From Candidatus Heimdallarchaeota archaeon (GTDB lineage: Archaea > Asgardarchaeota > Heimdallarchaeia > Hodarchaeales > Hodarchaeaceae): a DNA stretch of 58,303 nucleotides. Below, piece by piece: positions 50,441-58,303 of the stretch. Within the stretch, counting starts at the first letter, position 1; each line of letters starts with the position of its first letter. The position numbers and the translations under genes were made by a program. The DNA lies in NCBI GenBank assembly GCA_048881705.1, contig JBHLSH010000013.1, positions 1-58,303 on the forward strand. Reading direction: 5' to 3'. The notes under the pieces are model-generated. The model did not search any database, had not been told where the DNA came from, and was given only the letters and a program-made list of their open reading frames with translations.

Positions 50441-51433
50441 TTATGGATTGGCATTCAGAACTAGTCTTTTGATGGTTCGAGTAATCACCATACTGATCCA
50501 TTGGTGGGCAATGGTTCCTTTGATTTTCAACAGTTTTAACGACGTCCAGAGTCCTGAATCACTCTGAGTTGTTATGAAATATTGTACAGCTTCATTTATC
50601 TTCTCTTTTTCAAGTGTATGATTTAATGAAGCCAGGGAATCGAGTGCAGAAAGCAAATCAGTAAACCAGAAAGGAAATGCGAATTTACACCAAAAGTCTG
50701 GGGATTTCCTATCTGAATATGTATCAGCTTTAAAAAACCGATCTATTAACAGTTCTCCCGCTTTCAACGTTTCTTCGATCTTCGAATATTTCGGATGAAC
50801 GGCCAACGCTCTTAAAACGACACCAGTCACCAAATGAGAAAAAGGTTTTTTCCTATCAGGGAGGACGGCTTCCATTTTATATTGTGGAGTAATGCTATCC
50901 AATTTCAAGCGTCGGGTGCGAATTGGAATTGCCCATCCTCCATCATTTTGACGGATACTCAGTAACCATTCTAAACCTTTCAGAACCCGCGGATCATTAG
51001 TATACCCAGCCTTGATTAAGAGTTCAAGTATCCCTGCGGTATAGTTGGGAGTGTATTGATTTCCATAGATGCCCCTTATATCCCCCTCAGTGGTTTGAAA
51101 GGATAACAGGAAGTCACAAGCCTTCTGAATGGAAGTGTGCTTTTTATTCAACATGTATTTTTCAACTAAGAACCCCAACTGACGATAAGTTTCAAGCTGG
51201 TTGTAATTCTCTTGTGTTCTGACAACCAAGTTGCCAGCTGGATATTTCCAAAAGCCGCTTTCGTGCTGTCTCCGAAAAATCCTCTCTACTTCTTTTGATG
51301 TCCAAAGGTCACCTGAAGGATCCGTCTCTTCATCAAGTAGAAACTTCCGTGTGTTTAGACGGACGGCTAAATTCGACACCCTTTCTAGTGGGGACAAAGG
51401 ATCAAATTTGAAGATCTCAGTCCATTCGGCCAC
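50441..51433 (-). CDS. Prenyltransferase/squalene-cyclase (QW) repeat protein
   Basis: RQHESGFW, FQTTEGD, IRQNDGGW and TQSDSGLW QW-type repeats. Confidence 0.8.
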   Translation of the reverse strand: MAEWTEIFKFDPLSPLERVSNLAVRLNTRKFLLDEETDPSGDLWTSKEVERIFRRQHESGFWKYPAGNLVVRTQENYNQLETYRQLGFLVEKYMLNKKHTSIQKACDFLLSFQTTEGDIRGIYGNQYTPNYTAGILELLIKAGYTNDPRVLKGLEWLLSIRQNDGGWAIPIRTRRLKLDSITPQYKMEAVLPDRKKPFSHLVTGVVLRALAVHPKYSKIEETLKAGELLIDRFFKADTYSDRKSPDFWCKFAFPFWFTDLLSALDSLASLNHTLEKEKINEAVQYFITTQSDSGLWTSLKLLKIKGTIAHQWISMVITRTIKRLVLNANP

Positions 51434-51459
51434 ATTTAATCACCATCAGGAATGGGATT

Positions 51460-51564
51460 ATGGAAAAGCATCAGTTTATTTCAAATTTATTGTTAGTTCA
51501 AGTATTTTTTATCGTCATCCTTTTTCTAAGCAATGGTCTGATCACTGGTTTGGGTATTTTTTGA
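51460..51564 (+). CDS. Putative 34-aa single-TM peptide or signal-peptide relic
   Basis: MEKHQFISNLLLVQVFFIVILFLSNGLITGLGIF*, after a purine-rich leader. Confidence 0.3.
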   Translation: MEKHQFISNLLLVQVFFIVILFLSNGLITGLGIF

Positions 51565-51667
51565 GTCAAATTGATATCAATGGGTAACTCTTGATTAATG
51601 TAAAACCTTAATAGTCCACAGATCCGCAGATTCGTGAAGTTTCATTACCGAAAACAGAGGGCGCAGT

Positions 51668-51862
51668 ATGAATTCAAATGAAATAAACTACAATAAATTT
51701 TGGGGTATCTTCTTTTTTGTACTGCTGGGAACTATGGCTTTCATCTTTTTTGGGCCACCGATTAATCTCGTCTTAATCTTCATCATCACTTTAGAGGGAT
51801 TTCTTATATTGAAAAGAGGTGACTCAAATAGGAAAAAGGGCGAGAAGTTCACACTAAGGTAA
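51668..51862 (+). CDS. Small two-TM membrane protein
   Basis: 64 aa, two hydrophobic helices around GPP, basic tail. Confidence 0.5.
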   Translation: MNSNEINYNKFWGIFFFVLLGTMAFIFFGPPINLVLIFIITLEGFLILKRGDSNRKKGEKFTLR

Positions 51863-52628
51863 TAATTCGTCCAGCCCAGCTTAAGGTTAGCTGTTTAATC
51901 CCCTTATATGTATTTACTGCACCGAACTCGATACGTACCCTATCCTCGACTCCCACCCGAGATATTTGTTCGTTCCACAGTACCAGAACAACTTTGCCCG
52001 TGTTATCCCGAAGTTCCGCGTCAGCAACGGCCAGTGATTTTCCAGTGGATCTGGATTTTACCCTTCTAGATGCCGATACCGCATGGATGACCCCTTCGAC
52101 GGTGACATCCTTCATTCCCTTTTTTAAATCCGCAATTTTTGTAATCCCATAAGGCATAGACGAATCCATCACTTTTTGGTACCATATACCGCGCCAGCCA
52201 GGGTATTCATCATCCCATCCTATTTGAATGAACCCCAGCTTTTGGTAAAAGTGATTCGTCCTCACGTTCCACTCAGGGGTTCCTAATGTCCATAACTGGA
52301 CACTGGGATATTGTTCCCAAAGTAATTCCATCGCCCTGGCAGCAATGCCCTTGTTATGATGAGCAGGATCAACAAAAATTCTTTCTAAAACACGATGATG
52401 TTTAACTCCTCGAGAAAAAATCCCGCCAACGATTTTTTCCTCAAAGAGTATCTTATAGTAATCCATGAACTTCATAAATCGAAGTTGGGCAGCAGAAGTG
52501 TCATATCCAGGGGGGCCCCCAGGGCCAGGAGCCCCTACTTCGGAATCACTGTCAAACGCCTTTTTAGAAATTAAAGCAAGTTTATGAGCGTCCTCTTGCT
52601 TTGCTTTCTCAATATTAACCGTAGGCAT
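51849..52628 (-). CDS. GNAT acetyltransferase fused to a C-terminal SSB/RPA-type OB fold
   Basis: N-terminal: LERIFVDPAHHNKGIAARAM...RTNHFYQKLGF. C-terminal: ITKIADLKKGMKDVTVEG...ADAELRDNTGKVVLVLWNEQ...RVRIE...NTYKGIKQL. Confidence 0.88.
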   Translation of the reverse strand: MPTVNIEKAKQEDAHKLALISKKAFDSDSEVGAPGPGGPPGYDTSAAQLRFMKFMDYYKILFEEKIVGGIFSRGVKHHRVLERIFVDPAHHNKGIAARAMELLWEQYPSVQLWTLGTPEWNVRTNHFYQKLGFIQIGWDDEYPGWRGIWYQKVMDSSMPYGITKIADLKKGMKDVTVEGVIHAVSASRRVKSRSTGKSLAVADAELRDNTGKVVLVLWNEQISRVGVEDRVRIEFGAVNTYKGIKQLTLSWAGRIITLV

Positions 52629-52643
52629 GGCTCTAACATGCTT

Positions 52644-53240
52644 TCATTCTCGAACTTTTTTTGATGGTGGATTGGCACGAACAATCGAAGCTGCTTTTTC
52701 AGCTACACGAATCAGCTCTTTGAGTATCTCCTCAGAGACAAATGGTGGTTTAAACTCGAGAGTATCCTTGTATTGCTCGAGGTATCTCTCTTTTGTTAGG
52801 TTTTGGTCTTTTAGCTTGCCCAACAGCCGATAACTTCGCATTGGCCTCTCGATCCATCGCATAATCTCATCTCCATCTTCATCCGCGAAAACAATTACTG
52901 GAATTTTCTTTCTTCCTGCAGTTGAATAGAACGATTCGATTTCGTCAGGATAACTATCACGAGAACTGATACGAAATGTCCAGTTAGGAAGGATGTCTGC
53001 AAGTACAGCTATGATAGGAACTCCATTGGCACAATCACCACACCAACTTTCCGCGATGCAAAGTACACGCAGTTTCTCATTCAAAAGTGAGACTTTATCC
53101 TGGGGAAGCCTGTTAACTGCCATTTGACCAGCATTAAAACTGTCGTTCATCCTTTCTTTGTGTTTATCACTTTTTTTAGTGTATTCTTTGTAAGAGATGC
53201 CATTCTCGAATAGTTTATTGAATGAATCATGTTTATTCAT
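52644..53240 (-). CDS. Thioredoxin-family protein (Thioredoxin_9-like)
   Basis: LCIAESWCGDC, KIPVIVF, WIERP. Confidence 0.9.
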   Translation of the reverse strand: MNKHDSFNKLFENGISYKEYTKKSDKHKERMNDSFNAGQMAVNRLPQDKVSLLNEKLRVLCIAESWCGDCANGVPIIAVLADILPNWTFRISSRDSYPDEIESFYSTAGRKKIPVIVFADEDGDEIMRWIERPMRSYRLLGKLKDQNLTKERYLEQYKDTLEFKPPFVSEEILKELIRVAEKAASIVRANPPSKKVRE

Positions 53241-53289
53241 TTAATCCATTTCCAAAATGATGTCTATGGGAAATCAATCGTAATACATT

Positions 53290-54876
53290 TTAGGAACATA
53301 TGTCTCCTTTTTCAAGTTCGGAATCATAGAACGAGTCCCAATACCTCTTCTGTTTGATCTTCCCTTTTCGCAGTACTTCTTCCGTCATATTCTCGCTAAA
53401 TGGATTTTGGAGTTTTTCCTGGATCAAAAATTGGGCTTCCGTCTTCAGATTCCATAATGTCTGGAGTTTAACGGAATTTAAGTGGTAATAACGTATTTCG
53501 GAGAGATTTTGGTCTTCATCGAGTCTTAATTCAAAGGGTCTCCGTGTAATGAAGTAATATAGACAACCGAAGACCGCTACGCTATAGACCAATCTATAAA
53601 CAAGCATCGCAATCGCATAGCTAAATCTATCAAGCCCAACTGGGTCTAAACCAAAGAAGTTCGGAATCAGCGGTCTGATCCTACTTTGTATCAGAGAAAA
53701 GATATCTATATCAAGAACTGTCAGGAATACAAACATAAACACCAGTATCAGAAGTAAAACAAACGAAAAAATCATTTTAAGATAATAAAGCCTGATTTGA
53801 TATCCCCGTATGGGTTCTACAGAATGATGGAGTCCTCTCATTATGAAAGTCGGCCTTCCCTTCCGCTCGTATTTTCGGGCAGATTTTCCCTTTTTCTCTG
53901 TAATACAGTAATGGAGGTTGTCAGATCGGATCATAGATACTTGCCATTTATTTTTGGTGGTTTTCTCCAAGTAAACGAATATAGGAGCGTAGTCCATATC
54001 ATGACTGAGTTTTCGGATTATAAAGTTCCAAATGCCAGTCAATTTGTTTTTAAGGATAGTATCCTGATATAGGATAAGAATGACGGACGCAATGATCAAG
54101 ATTAACAGAATTATTGGAACTAAACCTATCTGGATAATCCATTGGTCAATTTCGGTTGATTCAAGATTAATAGCATACGCAAGAATAATCGTCCAAAATG
54201 GATTGAAGAAGAAGAAGAATTCTATGATTAGAAGGATCCCAAAGATGACCATGAGAATGACTAATAACAGCGACCTTACTGAAACTACTTTTTTCCTATA
54301 ATAGGTATAGCTAAGGTCAGCCATTCCTGCAATAAAGATTAATGAACCAAGGATAACTGCGAAACCGTAGTAATATTGCGATACTATTAGAAATTGATCA
54401 GGATCAACCCCCCCCGTGGAGGTTTCGACATAAGTGATGGTATCGAATTTAAAGTAAATTGAGATGAAGAAAAGAAAGAGTAACGGCAAAACGAGGTTGT
54501 ACATTGTGATTGGTAGTTTTTGACGGACATAGGTATAAATATATTGAATACAAAGCTTCGATGAGTCTTCAACTGTACTTTCATCCCCAAGAACCCGATA
54601 TAACATACCCCCCCACGAATTACTTTCTTTTTCTGAGTGGAGACTTTGACCGAGCAGCTTGATTTTCGGTTCATGTTCCTTAGCATGACCCACAGCTTGG
54701 GAGCTTTCAGTGAGATCGTAGGCATTGACTAATGGCAGATACTTATCGGGTGTCGACTTGATATGTTTAATTTGCTCTAGGATTGCATTCCGAGAAAAAT
54801 GATTAGGCCATTCGCTATCTTTGGCGTCCTGTTTTAAGTTTTCAATAGATGGTGCAATAGAATCGCAATATTTCAT
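53290..54876 (-). CDS. Polytopic membrane protein with soluble domains, unknown function
   Basis: 528-aa ORF; GGAG RBS; about 4 + 2 TM segments interleaved with soluble regions. Confidence 0.75.
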   Translation of the reverse strand: MKYCDSIAPSIENLKQDAKDSEWPNHFSRNAILEQIKHIKSTPDKYLPLVNAYDLTESSQAVGHAKEHEPKIKLLGQSLHSEKESNSWGGMLYRVLGDESTVEDSSKLCIQYIYTYVRQKLPITMYNLVLPLLFLFFISIYFKFDTITYVETSTGGVDPDQFLIVSQYYYGFAVILGSLIFIAGMADLSYTYYRKKVVSVRSLLLVILMVIFGILLIIEFFFFFNPFWTIILAYAINLESTEIDQWIIQIGLVPIILLILIIASVILILYQDTILKNKLTGIWNFIIRKLSHDMDYAPIFVYLEKTTKNKWQVSMIRSDNLHYCITEKKGKSARKYERKGRPTFIMRGLHHSVEPIRGYQIRLYYLKMIFSFVLLLILVFMFVFLTVLDIDIFSLIQSRIRPLIPNFFGLDPVGLDRFSYAIAMLVYRLVYSVAVFGCLYYFITRRPFELRLDEDQNLSEIRYYHLNSVKLQTLWNLKTEAQFLIQEKLQNPFSENMTEEVLRKGKIKQKRYWDSFYDSELEKGDICS

Positions 54877-55105
54877 ACAACCATACTCCTAAAGATCTTT
54901 CTGACGAAAAATCCCTTAAGTTATAAATTGTCGGAAACGAGAGAAGGAGTTCCATCTCGAATCAAAAAGTTCCAAGTCAATTCATTTTAGCAGAAATTGG
55001 CGGGATATCGATTGTCTTAAACTGATGGCTTTGGTTTCGAAAGTTAGTACATACATAGAGGGATTTATAAAAACACGAAGTGTTATTGATGAACGGTGAA
55101 CGCTT

Positions 55106-55696
55106 GTGGACGAGGAATCCGTGTTTAGGTTACTCTTTGTCTCCGTTTATGCCGTCTTTGCTGGTGTGAGGATTTTTTACAGAAGTCAAACTCTCGGAAG
55201 AGAGAGTGAAAAAGTATATAGTTTGTTTAACAAAGCTACGATAGCACTCATGATCGCAATTCTGGGATATTTTCTATCTCTGGGTTTATGGTTTTTCATT
55301 CCCCAGATCATTATTCAATTTTATGTTCCTTTGCCATCATTGGTGCGATGGCTTGGAGGGGGTTTAGCTACAGTGGGTATTGCGCTTACTGTATGGATTC
55401 ATCACACCTTGGGTAAGCAATATGCTGCCAGGTGGGAAATCCAAAAAGATCACCAGTTGATCACCGCTGGCCCTTATAGTAGAGTTCGTCATCCTATGTA
55501 TACAACCTTCAACATATTCGGTATCTCGGTTGCATTAATAACCGCGAATTTATTGGCTATCTTCTTTGCTATTGCTATTGCAATCCCTTTCTTTTGGATA
55601 GCAAGGAATGAAGAGGAGATTCTATTGGAACAGTTTGGAGATGAATATTCAGAGTATATGAAAAGAACTGGACGATTTCTACCCCGTTTTGGTTAA
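55106..55696 (+). CDS. ICMT/Ste14-family methyltransferase
   Basis: HQLITAGPYSRVRHPMYT...NEEEILLEQFGDEYSEYMKRTGRFLP. Confidence 0.9.
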   Translation: MDEESVFRLLFVSVYAVFAGVRIFYRSQTLGRESEKVYSLFNKATIALMIAILGYFLSLGLWFFIPQIIIQFYVPLPSLVRWLGGGLATVGIALTVWIHHTLGKQYAARWEIQKDHQLITAGPYSRVRHPMYTTFNIFGISVALITANLLAIFFAIAIAIPFFWIARNEEEILLEQFGDEYSEYMKRTGRFLPRFG

Positions 55697-55912
55697 ATTC
55701 TAACATTGTTAGGTGAGAAACCCGTCTCCTTTCCCCAAATGGTAATATAAAATCTTAAAGATTTTTGGAAGGTCGTCCTTAGATAGGCAGGTACACCTCC
55801 CAACCTTCGGGATTAATGGCGAGGGAACGACTACCTAGTATAATGAGCATTAAACCGCTTGGATAGAGGTGACATTACGCCTTTTATCTAGATAATTACG
55901 TATCAGACGAGA

Positions 55913-56848
55913 ATGTGTCTATACATGCTGGTGAACGTGTTGATTAGAGAGCCGAAAATTCAAATAAGAGGGTTAACGAAATATTACGGTTCTACCCGTG
56001 GAATAGAGAACTTGGATCTCGAAGTGCAAAGTGGTGAAATATTCGGTTTCCTGGGGCCTAATGGCGCAGGAAAAACAACAACCATCCGCTGTATGATGAA
56101 TACTCTTCTAGCTACGAAAGGAAAGATCAAAATAGACGGGGAAATAGTTTCACGGGGAAATCCTGGCTTACGTGGAAAGATAGGTTACGTTCCAGGTGAA
56201 TTATCGTTACCCGAATATTATACGGTAGCAGAATTCCTAAATTATATTGAAGCGATGCGCGCAAGGCCAGCAGTACGAAAACAAGAAATTATCGATCGAT
56301 TTGATCTCAATTCTAACCTTCACAAGAAAATTGGCGCTCTTTCAAAAGGCAACAAGCAGAAAGTGGGCATTGTAGCGGCCTTTATGAACGATCCTGACGT
56401 CCTAATCATGGATGAGCCCACCGCGGGATTAGATCCCTTACTCCAGCAGGTGGTATATAAAATTCTCTTAGAATCGAAGAGGGAAGGAAAAACCCTTTTC
56501 ATGAGCTCTCATAATCTAGAAGAGGTTCAAAAGGTATGTGACCGAGTCGGAATAGTTAATGATGGCTTTCTCATCAGTACCCAAGAAATTAATACCCTTA
56601 ATAGGAATGTCCCTCGTATCTTGGAGGCACGGCTTCGAAATCCAAATGAAGTACGCCTTACAGAGTTTGGTGATCGGCTTTTGGAATTTCGGAAACATGA
56701 TAATTTCGTTAAACTATTAATTGGAGTGGAGGATTCAATTAAAGATAATATCGGCATCCTATTGGCTATGGATCCTGAAGAACTTGTGTACCCTCCCGCC
56801 AGTCTGGAAGAGTTCTTCCTCCAGTTCTATGAGGAAAAAAGAGGGTAA
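55913..56848 (+). CDS. ABC transporter ATP-binding protein (ABC-2/drug-exporter type)
   Basis: GPNGAGKTT, LSKGNKQK, LIMDEPTAGLD, SSH. Confidence 0.96.
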   Translation: MCLYMLVNVLIREPKIQIRGLTKYYGSTRGIENLDLEVQSGEIFGFLGPNGAGKTTTIRCMMNTLLATKGKIKIDGEIVSRGNPGLRGKIGYVPGELSLPEYYTVAEFLNYIEAMRARPAVRKQEIIDRFDLNSNLHKKIGALSKGNKQKVGIVAAFMNDPDVLIMDEPTAGLDPLLQQVVYKILLESKREGKTLFMSSHNLEEVQKVCDRVGIVNDGFLISTQEINTLNRNVPRILEARLRNPNEVRLTEFGDRLLEFRKHDNFVKLLIGVEDSIKDNIGILLAMDPEELVYPPASLEEFFLQFYEEKRG

Positions 56849-56855
56849 TACGAAG

Positions 56856-58303
56856 ATGATCGCTCAATATACAGCCCACCGTTATTGGCTGAATTTGAAA
56901 AGGCACAGGATTTCTTTTTCTCTAGCAACACTAGTATTGACTGCCGGAATTGCTCTGATTTGCCTTATTTACCCTGGACCTGATGCCCTGAAGGCCTTCA
57001 TCAACGTTCCAGTTTTTCAACTTATTACTGGCATAAATAATGTAGCAACCGCTGGTGCGCTCATCTGGTTGTTGATATTCTTTGGTTCCATAGTTTTAAC
57101 CATTTTCTACCCTTTAATCGGGATTTTTTTCGGTGTCAACATATTACCTTTCAATGAGAAAGAAGGAAAAGAGCTAATCTTAAGTACCAATAAATCACTC
57201 ATTTGGTATTTTGTTGAGAACCTTCTCATAGTTATTGTAATGATTCCACTTTCTGTACTGCCAGCGTACCTTACGGGGGCAGGCTTTCTGTTGTCAAGCG
57301 GTGGCGAAGTTGACCTGTCCGCTCTTACTATCGCTGCAATCCTTCCAATGTTCTTCGTTTTTGTTGTTACTATGATAACTAGTTTGGGGTCTGCTATCTG
57401 GTCATCTCCAAAAAGTGGTTATGCATTCGGAGGCGTTTTTTTCATTGTCTCGTTTACCTTAAACCTCCTTCAGCAAGAAATAGACTTTGTCAAAGATATC
57501 AACCTCATGTCGCAAATCAACTCCTTTCAGCATGCCATTGCAGGAACGTGGAATGAGGAATTCATCTTCAAATGCCTTGTTCTGAGTCTACTTCTTTCAA
57601 TAATGACGATTGTGTTTCTTTATAGAGTAGATCATATTGCACCGCGGTTAAGCTACAATAGGGGGGACAAAGAAGAGGATACTCTTGGGATAATGGCCAA
57701 ATTTTCCTTCATTCGAACTCCTGTCGAATCAGTACTTTCAAGGGTAGGGTGGAAATATCCTGCATTTCGGGATCAACTTCAGTCATCCGCGGGTTTTTTC
57801 CTAATTTATCTACTCGTAACGAGTATTTTACTTGTGGTTGTCGCAATTGCATATCCAGGAGATGCTTTGATGGCAGATTTATTATCCACAATGGTTTCAG
57901 AGTTGATAACATCGCCTGTCTTTGCGGCTTTTCTCTTCGGGCATGCGGATGCGGTTACTCCGACGCTTGGAGGTTTTGTGATCATGAAGTTGTTTATCTT
58001 CCATTGGATATATTACGGCCCGTTTCTCTTCATTGCAACCTACAACATTATCATGCGGGATCGTAATGCAGGTTACGATGAAATCACATGGTCTATGCCC
58101 CGTACTCGGGCTCAAGTTATCACTCAAAGGACGATTGCCACGCTCTTATATCTATGGATTATTACAGTTTTCAATTTCATTGCTCTATATTCTGGAGAAA
58201 TGGTACTCGGCTTTTTTGTTGATGTCGCGTTAACTGATCTCGTGACTACAATTTCGGCCTTTATCTATCTTGCAATAGGTTATAGTATCTTTCTAGTTCT
58301 ATT
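56856..58303 (+). CDS. ABC-2-type permease, internally duplicated (runs off the right edge)
   Basis: Not in the track because no stop lies in the window. Open from ATG 56856 for 482 codons; two halves with IYPGPDALKA and AYPGDALMAD. Confidence 0.85.
   Translation, partial: MIAQYTAHRYWLNLKRHRISFSLATLVLTAGIALICLIYPGPDALKAFINVPVFQLITGINNVATAGALIWLLIFFGSIVLTIFYPLIGIFFGVNILPFNEKEGKELILSTNKSLIWYFVENLLIVIVMIPLSVLPAYLTGAGFLLSSGGEVDLSALTIAAILPMFFVFVVTMITSLGSAIWSSPKSGYAFGGVFFIVSFTLNLLQQEIDFVKDINLMSQINSFQHAIAGTWNEEFIFKCLVLSLLLSIMTIVFLYRVDHIAPRLSYNRGDKEEDTLGIMAKFSFIRTPVESVLSRVGWKYPAFRDQLQSSAGFFLIYLLVTSILLVVVAIAYPGDALMADLLSTMVSELITSPVFAAFLFGHADAVTPTLGGFVIMKLFIFHWIYYGPFLFIATYNIIMRDRNAGYDEITWSMPRTRAQVITQRTIATLLYLWIITVFNFIALYSGEMVLGFFVDVALTDLVTTISAFIYLAIGYSIFLVL

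Overview
Archaeal genomic DNA, most likely an Asgard archaeon (Heimdallarchaeia/Hodarchaeales-like). This is inferred from GGTGA/GGAGGT ribosome-binding sites, TATA-like promoters, surface proteins with a C-terminal Ser/Thr-G[FW]-TM-basic tail, and a beta-helix/TM/winged-helix protein. The window is an accessory region of about 55 mostly unlinked genes themed on stress and detoxification. Metal(loid) genes: ArsP-like permease + ArsR, ChrF/ChrB + MFS, a MerB-like lyase + ArsR-type regulator, Acr3. Oxidative and heat stress: KatG with a decayed Fur/PerR, Hsp20, HtpX, thioredoxin. Modifying enzymes: five GNATs, AKR, two SDRs, carboxylesterase, MBL, Ntn and ATC hydrolases, two ICMT-family methyltransferases. 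There are also several large surface proteins and many pseudogenes. I saw no rRNA, tRNA, CRISPR array, transposase or integrase. Best leads: (1) a GNAT fused to a crenarchaeal-SSB/hSSB1-type OB fold; (2) a membrane-spanning receptor-transcription factor whose ectodomain is paralogous to a nearby giant surface protein; (3) an unannotated AN1-type zinc-finger micro-gene with an early TAA; (4) a multi-hairpin intergenic RNA candidate with C/D-box-like motifs; (5) a MerB-like lyase with an extra C-terminal winged helix; (6) a GNAT that appears to start at ATC. All family calls come from reading motifs by eye, with no database search.
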